Source of the DNA: an uncultured Elusimicrobia bacterium
Lineage (GTDB): Bacteria; Elusimicrobiota; Elusimicrobia; UBA1565; UBA9628
Length of the DNA stretch: 64,000 bases
Assembly: GCA_903830945.1 (NCBI GenBank)
Contig: CAIKVT010000026.1
Location: 19,823-83,822, forward strand
Direction: 5' to 3'
Shown: positions 17,593 through 26,747 of the stretch, piece by piece
How the letters are laid out: each line of letters opens with the position of its first letter
Numbering within the stretch: the first letter of the stretch is position 1
The notes under the pieces: model-generated
What the model was told of the DNA's origin: nothing
Seen by the model: the letters and a program-made list of their open reading frames with translations, nothing else
Databases searched by the model: none
Position numbers and translations under genes: made by a program

Positions 17593-18576
17593 ATGACCCC
17601 ATCGATCATCCTGCTCATCGCGCTAGCCCTATTCTTCGACTTCATCAACGGCTTCCATGACTCGGCCAACTCAATTGCCACCGTGGTCTCCACGCGCGTG
17701 CTCTCGCCCCGCGCCGCGGTGATCTGGGCCGCCTTCTTCAACTTCATCGCCTTCCTCATATTCCCTCTACATATCGCCGCCACCATCGGCAAAGGCATCA
17801 TCGACCCAGCCATCGTGGACCCGCGCATCATCGCTGCCACCTTGACCGCAGCCTGCGCCTGGGACCTGCTCACCTGGTACTGGAGTCTTCCCACCAGCTC
17901 CTCCCACGCGCTCATCGGCGGCTTCATCGGCTCAGCCTTGGTCAAAGTCGGAGTCGGCGCTCTGATCTGGAGCGGCATCATCCGCACCGTGGTCTTCATG
18001 GTCCTGGCCCCGTTTTTGGGCCTGGCCATGGGCCTGGCCTTTGGCGTGGCCGTGGCCTGGCTGTTCCGCAGGACCACGCCTCACCGGGTCGACTTCCTGT
18101 TCCGCAAGGGTCAGCTGTTCTCAGCTGCCCTCTACAGCCTGGGCCATGGCGGCAACGACGCGCAGAAGACCATGGGCATCATCGCGGCCCTCCTGTTCTC
18201 CGCGGGCGTCTTGGGACCGACCTTCCACGTCCCGACCTGGGTGGTCCTGTCCTGCCACGCGGCCATGGGCCTGGGCACGCTCTTCGGCGGCTGGCGCATC
18301 GTCAAGACCATGGGCCAGAAGGTGGCCAAGCTCCGGCCCGTGGACGGCTTCTGCGCCGAAACCGGCGGGGCCATGACCCTATACCTCGCCTCAGCCCTGG
18401 GCGTGCCGGTCTCCACCACGCACACCATCACCGGAGCCATCATGGGAGTAGGCTCGCTCAAAAGGCTCAGCGCGGTGCGCTGGGGAGTAGGAGGAAACAT
18501 CGTAGCCGCCTGGCTCTTGACCATACCGGCCTCGGCGCTGATTGCAAGCCTCTCCTATTGGCTCATGACGCTTTGA
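17593..18576 (+). CDS. Inorganic phosphate transporter, PiT family (copy 1)
   Basis: Duplicated PHO4 signature GFHDSANSIAT ... LGHGGNDAQKTMG ... STTHTITGAIMGVG; ~10 TM helices. Confidence 0.9.
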   Translation: MTPSIILLIALALFFDFINGFHDSANSIATVVSTRVLSPRAAVIWAAFFNFIAFLIFPLHIAATIGKGIIDPAIVDPRIIAATLTAACAWDLLTWYWSLPTSSSHALIGGFIGSALVKVGVGALIWSGIIRTVVFMVLAPFLGLAMGLAFGVAVAWLFRRTTPHRVDFLFRKGQLFSAALYSLGHGGNDAQKTMGIIAALLFSAGVLGPTFHVPTWVVLSCHAAMGLGTLFGGWRIVKTMGQKVAKLRPVDGFCAETGGAMTLYLASALGVPVSTTHTITGAIMGVGSLKRLSAVRWGVGGNIVAAWLLTIPASALIASLSYWLMTL

Positions 18577-18644
18577 TATCATCTCTGTCCAGGCTCCCCT
18601 CGACCGGCCAACCACGGACCTGGGAAAAGGGATAGAATAGACCC

Positions 18645-19637
18645 ATGCCGCTTAGCATCATCCTGATCATCGCGCTGGCCCTGGCCTTCGACTTCATCAA
18701 CGGCTTCCACGATTCGGCCAGCGCCATCTCGACGGTGGTCTCGACGCGCGTGCTCTCGCCCCGGGCCGCGGTGATCTGGGCCGCCTTCTTCAACTTCGTC
18801 GCATTCCTCATCTTCCCGCTGCATATCGCCAACACCATCGGCAAAGGAATCATCGACCCGGCCATCGTGGACCCGCGCATCATCGCGGCGACCCTGATCG
18901 GCGCCTCGGTCTGGGACCTGCTCACCTGGTACTGGGGCCTGCCCACCAGCTCCTCCCACGCCCTCATCGGGGGCTTCATCGGCGCGGCGATGATTAAAGT
19001 GGGGGCCAGAGGCCTCATCTGGAGCGGCATCATCCGCACCATGGTCTTCATGGTCGCGGCGCCGATCCTGGGCCTCATCCTGGGCCTCACTTTCGGCATC
19101 GCTTTGGCTTGGATGTGCCGTCGAGCGACTCCCCAAAGAGTAGACACCCTGTTCCGCAAGGGACAGCTCATCTCTGCGGCCCTCTACAGCCTGGGCCACG
19201 GCGGCAACGACGCGCAGAAGACCATGGGTGTCATCGCCATCCTGCTTTTCTCAGCCGGTCTCCTAGGCCCGACGTTCCACATCCCGACCTGGGTCGTCCT
19301 GTCCTGTCAGGCAGCCATGGGCCTAGGGACCCTCTTTGGCGGCTGGCGCATCGTCAAGACCATGGGTCAGAAAGTAGCGAAACTCCGCCCCGTGGACGGG
19401 TTCTGCGCCCAGACGGGAGGGGCCTTGACCCTTTACATCGCCTCGGCCATGGGCGCGCCGGTATCCACCACGCACGTCATCACCGGCGCCATCATGGGCG
19501 TGGGCTCGCTCAAGAGGCTCAGCGCGGTGCGCTGGGGCGTGGGGGGGGAGATCGTGACGGCGTGGCTATTGACCATACCGGCCGCAGCCCTCATCTCCAG
19601 CCTCTGCTACTGGCTCATGGCCCTTTGGCCCCGGTAA
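18645..19637 (+). CDS. Inorganic phosphate transporter, PiT family (copy 2, tandem paralog)
   Basis: ~85% amino-acid identity to copy 1 over the full length. Confidence 0.9.
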   Translation: MPLSIILIIALALAFDFINGFHDSASAISTVVSTRVLSPRAAVIWAAFFNFVAFLIFPLHIANTIGKGIIDPAIVDPRIIAATLIGASVWDLLTWYWGLPTSSSHALIGGFIGAAMIKVGARGLIWSGIIRTMVFMVAAPILGLILGLTFGIALAWMCRRATPQRVDTLFRKGQLISAALYSLGHGGNDAQKTMGVIAILLFSAGLLGPTFHIPTWVVLSCQAAMGLGTLFGGWRIVKTMGQKVAKLRPVDGFCAQTGGALTLYIASAMGAPVSTTHVITGAIMGVGSLKRLSAVRWGVGGEIVTAWLLTIPAAALISSLCYWLMALWPR

Positions 19638-19642
19638 CCCGC

Positions 19643-20437
19643 ATGGACGAAGCCACCCGCGCGCTCTGCCGCCGCCTGAGCGTCGAGGACCCCCTACACA
19701 TCGAGATCGAATCAAAACGCCGCGTGCGCGCCTCACAGGCCGAAAACCTGCGCGAGCATCTCTTCGGACTCAAAGGCGTCCGGCACACGCGCGAGAGCGC
19801 CTTCTTCGACCAGTACCTCGACACACCCGAGCTCTCGCTGCTGCGCGCCGGGGCCAGCCTGCGCCTGCGCTACAAAGGCGACGGAACCTACGTCTACCTG
19901 CAGTACAAAGGGCCCGGGTTCCATGAACAAGGGGCGCTGTTCCGCTCGGAGTTCAGCTCGGATCGGCTGGCCAGCGCCGTGCGCGGGGAGAGCCACCACG
20001 ACATCGTGCACTTCGCGGACATCTCCGTGACGGACATCCTGCGCCGCCACGCGGATCCGGCCATGTCCGGAGCCATGCGCCGGCACCTCGGAGACAAGAC
20101 CATCGCCCGCGTCAACCGCGGCGTCATCCTCTGCCTCTACCGCAAGGATAAGTTCCGAGTCAAGCTCAAGGGCGGGTTCCTGGAGCCTTCTCTCGACAAG
20201 CTGTGCGCCTTCCACATCCGGCCCACCGGCCTGCATCCCCTGTCGACTTTCTGGGAATTCGAGAACGAGATCAAGTCCGAGGACATCGCCTTCAAGCTGG
20301 AGCACATCGGCGAGATGCGCAAGTTCGACACCCGCCTGGCGCGGCGCTTCGACCTGCCCGCAGAGAAGCTGGACAAGTACCACCGCTGCGCCGCGCACTT
20401 CCACGCGCAGGCTCTCTGCCCAAGAAGGACTGGCTAA
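19643..20437 (+). CDS. CYTH-domain protein (triphosphate tunnel metalloenzyme family)
   Basis: N-terminal ExExK motif (IEIESKRRV) and beta-strand-rich pattern (RLRYKGDGTYVYLQYKG) typical of CYTH. Starts 5 nt after the PiT-2 stop. The track ORF start at 19109 overlaps PiT-2 in another frame and was rejected. Confidence 0.6.
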   Translation: MDEATRALCRRLSVEDPLHIEIESKRRVRASQAENLREHLFGLKGVRHTRESAFFDQYLDTPELSLLRAGASLRLRYKGDGTYVYLQYKGPGFHEQGALFRSEFSSDRLASAVRGESHHDIVHFADISVTDILRRHADPAMSGAMRRHLGDKTIARVNRGVILCLYRKDKFRVKLKGGFLEPSLDKLCAFHIRPTGLHPLSTFWEFENEIKSEDIAFKLEHIGEMRKFDTRLARRFDLPAEKLDKYHRCAAHFHAQALCPRRTG

Positions 20438-20447
20438 TATTCGACTG

Positions 20448-21077
20448 TCAGGTCGCGAAAAGACGGTCGCCCGCGTCGCCGAGGCCGGGCATGATGAACC
20501 CGAAGCGATTGAGGTTGGTGTCCACGCCCGCCAAGTAGATCGGCACATCCGGGTGCTCACGCTGCACCCGTGCCACCCCGGCCTTGGCCGCGATGAGACT
20601 GACCAGCACGATCTGCTTAGCCTTGTCGGTCTTGAGGATATGCAGGGCCTCCACCGCCGAGCCTCCGGTCGCGAGCATCGGGTCGCAAAGCACCACGAAG
20701 CAGTCCCGAATATTCTTGGGCAGGCGCACGTAGTAGCGCACCGGGTTCAAGGTCTCCTCGTTGCGGTAAAGCCCGATGTGACCGATGTGAGCCTGGGGTA
20801 GAAGGTGCTGGAGGCCTGGGAGCATGCCCAGGCCCGCGCGCAACACGGCCACGAAAGCCACGGGCTGAGTCGTGACCACGGCCGGCGACTTGCCCAGGGG
20901 GGTGCGCACCGTGGTCTTCCTGGTCTTGACGCCGCGCAGGGCTTCGGCGCCCAGCAGGCTCGAGACCTCCGCCATGGTGCGGCGGAAGTCCTCATGGTCG
21001 GTGCGCCGGTCGCGCAAGGTCGACAACTTCTCCTGAATAAGCGGATGGTCGCAGATGAAAAATTTACCAGCCATCAT
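20448..21077 (-). CDS. upp: Uracil phosphoribosyltransferase
   Basis: 209 aa with the PRPP-binding motif VVLCDPMLATGGS and UPRTase length and pattern. Confidence 0.9.
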   Translation of the reverse strand: MMAGKFFICDHPLIQEKLSTLRDRRTDHEDFRRTMAEVSSLLGAEALRGVKTRKTTVRTPLGKSPAVVTTQPVAFVAVLRAGLGMLPGLQHLLPQAHIGHIGLYRNEETLNPVRYYVRLPKNIRDCFVVLCDPMLATGGSAVEALHILKTDKAKQIVLVSLIAAKAGVARVQREHPDVPIYLAGVDTNLNRFGFIMPGLGDAGDRLFAT

Positions 21078-22387
21078 TTCACCACCTGCCGGATGACCGG
21101 CATGAGCTTGGGTTTCTTGCCCTCGATCTTAAGCGCGGTCAAGAAGTACGCCGCGGCCTCTTCCATCTTGGCCCCGTCGCTGCCGTGGATGCGGGCCACG
21201 CATTCGCCCTTCTTGACCCGGGCCCCGACCTTCTTATCCAGCACGAAGCCGGCCCCGTAGTCAAGCTTGGAATCCTTATTCGCGCGGCCTGCGCCCAGGA
21301 TCACCGCGGCCTCGCCCACCTTGCGCGCGTCGAGCCAGGTGACATAGCCGGCCTTGGGGGCCAGGATCTCGCGCTCCTTAGCGGCCCTGGGAAGGCGGTC
21401 CAGGTCGCAGACCACGCGCGGGTCGGCGCCGTGCGCCTCGACCATCTTCTGAAAAGACTCCAAGGCCGCCCCGGAACGGATAACGGATTCCAGCTTAGCC
21501 GCTCCTTCCTTGGGGTCCTTGGCCTTGCCGCCCAGATGCATCATCCAGCCGCCCAAAGTCAGCAGGCATTCCGCATAGTCCGCGGAGGTGAAATCACCGC
21601 GCAGGATCTCCACGGCCTGGATGACTTCCAAGGAGTTTCCCACATAGCGGCCCAGGGGCTGGTCCATGGCGGTCAAGACCGCCACGGCTTTCAGGCCCAG
21701 CTTGCGCGCGGTTTTGACCAAGGCCCGAGAGAGCTCTTGGGCCTGCTTGGGGTTCTTGAAGATGGCGCCGGATCCGATCTTCACGTCGAGGACCAGGGCG
21801 TCGAGGTCCTCGGCGAACTTCTTGGAGAGGATGCTGGCCACCACCAGGGGCACGGACTCCACCGTCGAGGATGCGTCGCGCAAAGAGTAGAGCGTCCGAT
21901 CGGCCGGGGCCAGGTCCTGAGTCTGGCCGAACATGCACACGCCGATGCGGCCCAACTGGGACGTGATCTCGTCGATGCCCATGCGCACGCGGAAGCCCTT
22001 CATGGCTTCAAGCTTGTCCAAAGTCCCGCCGGTGTGGCCGAGGCCGCGGCCTGACATCATGGGCACGACCAGACCCGCGGCGGCCATGAGCGGGGCCAAA
22101 GCCAGTGAGATGCCGTCGCCCACGCCGCCGGTGGAATGCTTATCCACCTTGGGCGCGCGCAGGCGCTTGAGGTCAAGGCGCCGTCCGGAGAGCGCCATGG
22201 CCCGAGTCAGGGCCGCGGTCTCGATCTCGTCCATGCCGCGGCAGCACACGGCCATGAGCCAGGAGGTGAGCTGGTAGTCGGGCACCCCGGCCTTGGGGTC
22301 CGAGGCGACTTTGACGACGAAGGCGATCTCCTCTTCCGTATGCTTGAAGCCTTGGCGCTTCCTGGCGATGATGTCGAGCATGCGCAT
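21074..22387 (-). CDS. pdp: Pyrimidine-nucleoside (thymidine) phosphorylase
   Basis: 437 aa; motifs DKHSTGGVGD, GHTGGTLDKLE, and a C-terminal domain. Confidence 0.9.
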   Translation of the reverse strand: MRMLDIIARKRQGFKHTEEEIAFVVKVASDPKAGVPDYQLTSWLMAVCCRGMDEIETAALTRAMALSGRRLDLKRLRAPKVDKHSTGGVGDGISLALAPLMAAAGLVVPMMSGRGLGHTGGTLDKLEAMKGFRVRMGIDEITSQLGRIGVCMFGQTQDLAPADRTLYSLRDASSTVESVPLVVASILSKKFAEDLDALVLDVKIGSGAIFKNPKQAQELSRALVKTARKLGLKAVAVLTAMDQPLGRYVGNSLEVIQAVEILRGDFTSADYAECLLTLGGWMMHLGGKAKDPKEGAAKLESVIRSGAALESFQKMVEAHGADPRVVCDLDRLPRAAKEREILAPKAGYVTWLDARKVGEAAVILGAGRANKDSKLDYGAGFVLDKKVGARVKKGECVARIHGSDGAKMEEAAAYFLTALKIEGKKPKLMPVIRQVVK

Positions 22388-22405
22388 GGAGGGGCCTCCT
22401 GAAAG

Positions 22406-23237
22406 TCAGACGATCTTGATGAAGTCGTTAAGGACGAGGCGCAGGCCCTCGGAGACCTTGGCGCCGAGCTCCAGGACCTCGCTGTGGTTCAAAGAGGCGC
22501 CCTTCATGCCGCTGCACATGTTGGAGATCCACGTCAGCGCCGTGACCTTGATGCCCATCTGCCGGGCCGGAATGACCTCCGGGACCACGGACATGCCCAC
22601 CACGTCGCCGCCCCAGGCGCGAAAAGCGCGGATCTCCGCGGGCGTTTCGTAAGAAGGACCGCACACGGCGGTATAGACGCCCTCGTGCACGGAGAGCTTG
22701 CGCTTGCGGCAGATAGAAACGATCTGCTTGCGCAGATCCGCGTCATAAGCGTTGATAAGGTCCGGGAACATCTCGCCGCACTCACTTTCGTGGAAGGCGC
22801 GCAGGGGGTTGCGGCCCATGAAATTGATGTGATCCGTGATGACCACGAAATGACCGGGCTTGATCGCCTCGCGCACCGAGCCCACGGCCGCGGTGAGAAA
22901 CACCGTCTTAAGACCGAGATATTCGAGCATACGCAGAGGCAAGGCGATGCTCTCCATGGAATGCCCTTCGTAGTAGTGGAAGCGACCCTGCATGACGGCC
23001 ACGCTCTTGCCATGGAGCCGGCCCAGGATGAGCTTGCCCATGTGACCGGCCACGGTGGTGCGGGGAAACCCGGGGATGTCTCTATAGGGGATGACAGTGG
23101 CCTTTTCCAGAATGGGCACGGCTTTGGCCAGACCTGAGCCCAAGATGATAGCGACCTGGGGGGAGAAACCAGGAACCTTGCTCTTGACGTAGTCGGCGGC
23201 TTTACGCACAGCTCCGATGTAGGTCTTTATCTCCATA
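22406..23237 (-). CDS. punA: Purine nucleoside phosphorylase, PNP family 1 (PunA-like)
   Basis: Motifs AIILGSGL, HMG, GPSYETPAEIRA, MSVVPE. Start taken at the internal ATG (MEIKTYIG...) rather than the track start. Confidence 0.85.
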
Positions 23238-23292
23238 TGGCGGGCTCCTTGCTGTTGCTCGATTCTACCACATTTAGATAAAATGCGGCTTA

Positions 23293-24102
23293 ATGGAAGA
23301 CCTCTCAAGTCAGACGAAAGAACTGCGCGCGGACATCATCCGCATGATTACGGCCGCCGGCTCGGGCCATCCGGGGGGGTCACTCTCCGTCATCGACCTA
23401 TTGGCCGTGCTTTACGCCAAGCATCTGCGCCACGACCCAAAGAAGCCGGACTGGCCGGGCCGCGACCGATTAGTCCTCTCGAAAGGCCACGCCTGCCCCG
23501 CCCTTTACGCGGTGCTGGCGCACCGAGGTTTCTTTCCTCAGGAGGAGTTGATGACCCTGCGCAAGCTGGGCTCACGCCTGCAGGGGCATCCAGAGCGACA
23601 CCGCCTGCCGGGCATCGAGGCTGCGACGGGGTCATTGGGCCAGGGACTTTCCATGGGTCTAGGCATGGCCTTGGCCGCGAAGATGGACGGCGCGGATCAG
23701 AGGATCTTCGTGGTGACGGGCGATGGGGAAATGCAAGCAGGCCAGGTCTGGGAAGCTTTGATGGCGGCGCCCAAGTTCAAGCTGGACAATCTGACGTTGA
23801 TCGTGGACTGCAACAACGGGCAGATCGACGGGCACGTCAACGAGATCATGGCTCTGGATCCGCTGGCCGAGAAGCTCAAGAGCTTCAACTGGGACACTCG
23901 GACGATAGACGGCCACGATCTGGCCGCCATCGACGGCGCATTGAGCGCCGTGAAGACGGTGAAGGGCAAGCCGCAGGCTATCGTAGCCAGGACGATAAAG
24001 GGCAAGGGCGTCTCCTTCATGGAGGACAACATCGCCTGGCACGGCAAGGCTCCCAACCAGGAAGAGTGCGAGCGGGCGCTCAAGGAGATCCTCCATGGCT
24101 AA
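23293..24102 (+). CDS. Transketolase, N-terminal (TPP-binding) subunit of a split transketolase
   Basis: GHPGGSLS, GDGEMQAGQVWEA, thiamine-PP motif; 269 aa. Confidence 0.9.
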   Translation: MEDLSSQTKELRADIIRMITAAGSGHPGGSLSVIDLLAVLYAKHLRHDPKKPDWPGRDRLVLSKGHACPALYAVLAHRGFFPQEELMTLRKLGSRLQGHPERHRLPGIEAATGSLGQGLSMGLGMALAAKMDGADQRIFVVTGDGEMQAGQVWEALMAAPKFKLDNLTLIVDCNNGQIDGHVNEIMALDPLAEKLKSFNWDTRTIDGHDLAAIDGALSAVKTVKGKPQAIVARTIKGKGVSFMEDNIAWHGKAPNQEECERALKEILHG

Positions 24103-25036
24103 GGCGACCCGGGAAGCTTTCGGAGAGGCGCTGGTCTCACTGGCGGAGAAATTCCCTCAGATGGTGGTCCTGGACTCGGACCTGTCCAAGTCCACGATGA
24201 CCGTAGATTTCGCGAAGAAATATCCACAGCGGCACTTCGAGTTCGGCATCGCCGAGTCGAACATGATCGGCGCGGCCGCGGGCCTGGCCTTGTACGGCAA
24301 GGTGCCGGTGTGCACGAGCTTTGCCTGTTTCCTGATCGGCCGGCTGGAGACCATCCGCGTGGCCGTGACCTTAAATGGGGCCAACGTCAAGCTGGTAGGC
24401 ACGCACGCGGGCCTGGGCATCGGAGATGACGGGGCCTCGCAGATGGGGCTGGAGGACGTGGCCGCGATGCGGTCTCTTCCCGGGATGACCATCCTGCAAC
24501 CGGGAGATGCTTTAGAGGCTCGCCAGGCCGTCGAATGGATGCTCCAGCACCGGGGGCCTGTCTACCTGCGCTTGACGCGCCAGAAGCTCGACGACGTTCA
24601 CAGGCCGGACTACAAGTTCGAGTGCGGCAAGCTGGACATCGTCTGGGAGCCTGAGCCAAAGGCGAAGCATTTCCAGGCCACGGTACTGGCCTCGGGCGGG
24701 ACTGTGGGGGGAGCGGTCAACGCCGCCAAGGAGCTATTGCCTAAAGGCTTTGCGGTGCGGGTAGTCAACGCCGGGACGCTCGCGCCTTTTGATGTGGATT
24801 CGGTGGAAGATTTCGCCAAAGACAGCGAGCGGTTCGTGACGGTGGAGGACCACAATATCGTGGGTGGTCTGGGCAGCGCGGCCTGCGAGGCGGCTGCTTC
24901 TCTTGGCATGGGCAAGCCGGTGGTGTGTCTGGGAGTGCGCGAGACAGGCGAGTCGGGCTTGGCGGCCCAGCTTTACGACAAGCACGGCCTGAGCGCGCCG
25001 CATATCATGGAAGCCTGCATCAGGAACCTCTCTTGA
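24095..25036 (+). CDS. Transketolase, C-terminal (pyrimidine-binding/C-terminal domain) subunit
   Basis: FGIAESNMIGAAAGLA, THAGLGIGDDGASQM; overlaps the N-subunit gene by 8 nt. Confidence 0.9.
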   Translation: MAKATREAFGEALVSLAEKFPQMVVLDSDLSKSTMTVDFAKKYPQRHFEFGIAESNMIGAAAGLALYGKVPVCTSFACFLIGRLETIRVAVTLNGANVKLVGTHAGLGIGDDGASQMGLEDVAAMRSLPGMTILQPGDALEARQAVEWMLQHRGPVYLRLTRQKLDDVHRPDYKFECGKLDIVWEPEPKAKHFQATVLASGGTVGGAVNAAKELLPKGFAVRVVNAGTLAPFDVDSVEDFAKDSERFVTVEDHNIVGGLGSAACEAAASLGMGKPVVCLGVRETGESGLAAQLYDKHGLSAPHIMEACIRNLS

Positions 25037-25464
25037 TCTCAGCTGCGACTCTGACCTTCCTGACCCTCTTCGTCGTGGCCATGGGCGCAGCCGCGATCCT
25101 GGATAAGCTGGCGCTGGGCCGTCTGGGCGCCAACGAAGTTTTCGTGGTGCGCATGGGCGTCAACGCCGCGATCTGCCTGTTGCTGTTCTTGGCGGGATGG
25201 CTGCCGGCGAAGGCGGCGGTGGCGCAAGCCGGGAAGGTGCCCGTAGCGCTGATCACTTTAAGCCTGGTGGTGACGATGGGGGGAGTCTTCTGCTACATCA
25301 AGGCTTTATCCGGGGCGGAGGCGTCGAAGGTGATACCGCTGAGTTCGGTATATCCTCTCGTGACCTTCTTATTGGCCTTGGCGTTTCTGGGCGAAAGGTT
25401 CAGTTTGGCGAAGCTGGCGGGAACGGTGTTGATCTGCGCCGGGGTCGGGCTGCTCGCCTTCTAG
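25033..25464 (+). CDS. Small EamA/DMT-family membrane protein (4 TM)
   Basis: Hydrophobic ~140 aa protein with an EamA-like half-transporter pattern. Candidate TTG start overlaps the tktC stop; alternative ATG at 25081. Confidence 0.45.
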   Translation: MISAATLTFLTLFVVAMGAAAILDKLALGRLGANEVFVVRMGVNAAICLLLFLAGWLPAKAAVAQAGKVPVALITLSLVVTMGGVFCYIKALSGAEASKVIPLSSVYPLVTFLLALAFLGERFSLAKLAGTVLICAGVGLLAF

Positions 25465-25495
25465 CGGCGCCAGGCTTTCACGATTGACTGTAAAG

Positions 25496-25525
25496 TTGGT
25501 GAAGGCCTGACCCCTTTGATACAAT
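25496..25525 (+). promoter_or_regulatory. Candidate promoter for the glgM-like operon (TTGGTG - 18 nt - extended -10 TGaTACAAT)
   Basis: Hexamers found by eye in the 83-nt intergenic region; RBS AGGAGG 6 nt before the ATG at 25548. Confidence 0.25.
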
Positions 25526-25547
25526 CTGGCCGATCAGGAGGCGGGCC

Positions 25548-26747
25548 ATGAAAGTCGTCTTCTACACCAACGAATACCCTCCCCACACCTACGGCGGCGC
25601 CGGCGTCGCAGTCGAGTACCTCACCCGCGAGCTCATTAAGCTCATGGACGTCGAAGTCCGCTGCTTCGGCGACCAACGCTCCAGAGGATCCCGCCTCCAG
25701 GTCACCGGCTTTAAGCCCTGGAAAGAGCTGGCCAAGGACGCCCACAAAGACTACGGCAAGGCTCTCGAAGCCCTCAGTGTCAACCTCCAATTCTGCAAGA
25801 ACAACTCCGCCGACATCGTCCACTGCCACACCTGGTACACCAACCTCGGCGGATTCTTCGCCAAGATCCTCCATAAGATCCCCTTCGTCATGACCACTCA
25901 CTCGCTCGAGCCGCTGCGTCCCTGGAAGCGCGAACAGCTCGGCAACGCCTATGACCTCAGCAGTTGGATCGAACGAAATGCCGTCCAGGCCGCGGACGCC
26001 ATCATCGCCGTGTCCGGCGGCATGAAAGATGACATCCTCTCTTGCTACGACATACCCGCCTCAAAAGTCCACGTCATCCACAACGGCATCGACCTCCAGG
26101 AATATCGGCCCAGCGCCTCAAGCCGCGCCCGCCGGCAGTGGGGCATCAGCCTCGATAAACCCTACGTGCTCTTCGTGGGCCGCATCACCCGACAAAAAGG
26201 CATCATCCACCTCGTCAATGCTTTACCCCATATCGACCCCTCGGCCCAGATCGTGCTCTGTGCCGGGGCGCCAGACACCCAGGCGATCGCCGCGGAGATG
26301 GAAGCCGCCGTCGCCCGCATCCGCCGGACCCGCAAAAACGTCATCTGGATACAGAAGATGCTTCCCAAGCCGGACGTCATCGAACTCTACAGCCACGCCG
26401 CGGTGTTCTGCTGTCCATCGATCTATGAGCCCTTCGGCATCATCAACGTTGAAGCCATGGCCTGCGGCGCGCCGGTCGTCGCCTCGGCAACAGGCGGCAT
26501 ACCCGAGGTCGTAGTGCCCGGCAAGACCGGCCTGCTCGTCGGCCTCACGCCGCGCCAAGACGGCACCTACGAGCCAAAAGATGCCCGCAAATTCTCACGC
26601 GACCTGGCCGCAGCCATCAACCGCATCCTGCGCGACCCCATGCTCCAAAAGCGCTTCGCCTGTGAAGGCAGACGCCGCGTTGAAGCGCATTTCAGCTGGG
26701 CCGGAGTCGCACGCAAAACTTTACAGCTCTACCGGAGCTTAGTTTGA
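25548..26747 (+). CDS. GT4 glycosyltransferase, GlgM-like (alpha-maltose-1-phosphate synthase / actinobacterial 'GlgA'-type)
   Basis: Near-collinear similarity, from memory, to mycobacterial GlgM (Rv1212c): YPP..YGGAG...HCHTWYT..., GIPEVV, 399 aa. Confidence 0.75.
   Translation: MKVVFYTNEYPPHTYGGAGVAVEYLTRELIKLMDVEVRCFGDQRSRGSRLQVTGFKPWKELAKDAHKDYGKALEALSVNLQFCKNNSADIVHCHTWYTNLGGFFAKILHKIPFVMTTHSLEPLRPWKREQLGNAYDLSSWIERNAVQAADAIIAVSGGMKDDILSCYDIPASKVHVIHNGIDLQEYRPSASSRARRQWGISLDKPYVLFVGRITRQKGIIHLVNALPHIDPSAQIVLCAGAPDTQAIAAEMEAAVARIRRTRKNVIWIQKMLPKPDVIELYSHAAVFCCPSIYEPFGIINVEAMACGAPVVASATGGIPEVVVPGKTGLLVGLTPRQDGTYEPKDARKFSRDLAAAINRILRDPMLQKRFACEGRRRVEAHFSWAGVARKTLQLYRSLV

Noticed and set aside
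19109-19642. 5' part of track ORF 19109..20437 overlapping pit2
   Set aside because: Out-of-frame overlap with a well-supported transporter gene; the CYTH gene's own ATG at 19643 follows the pit2 stop by 5 nt.
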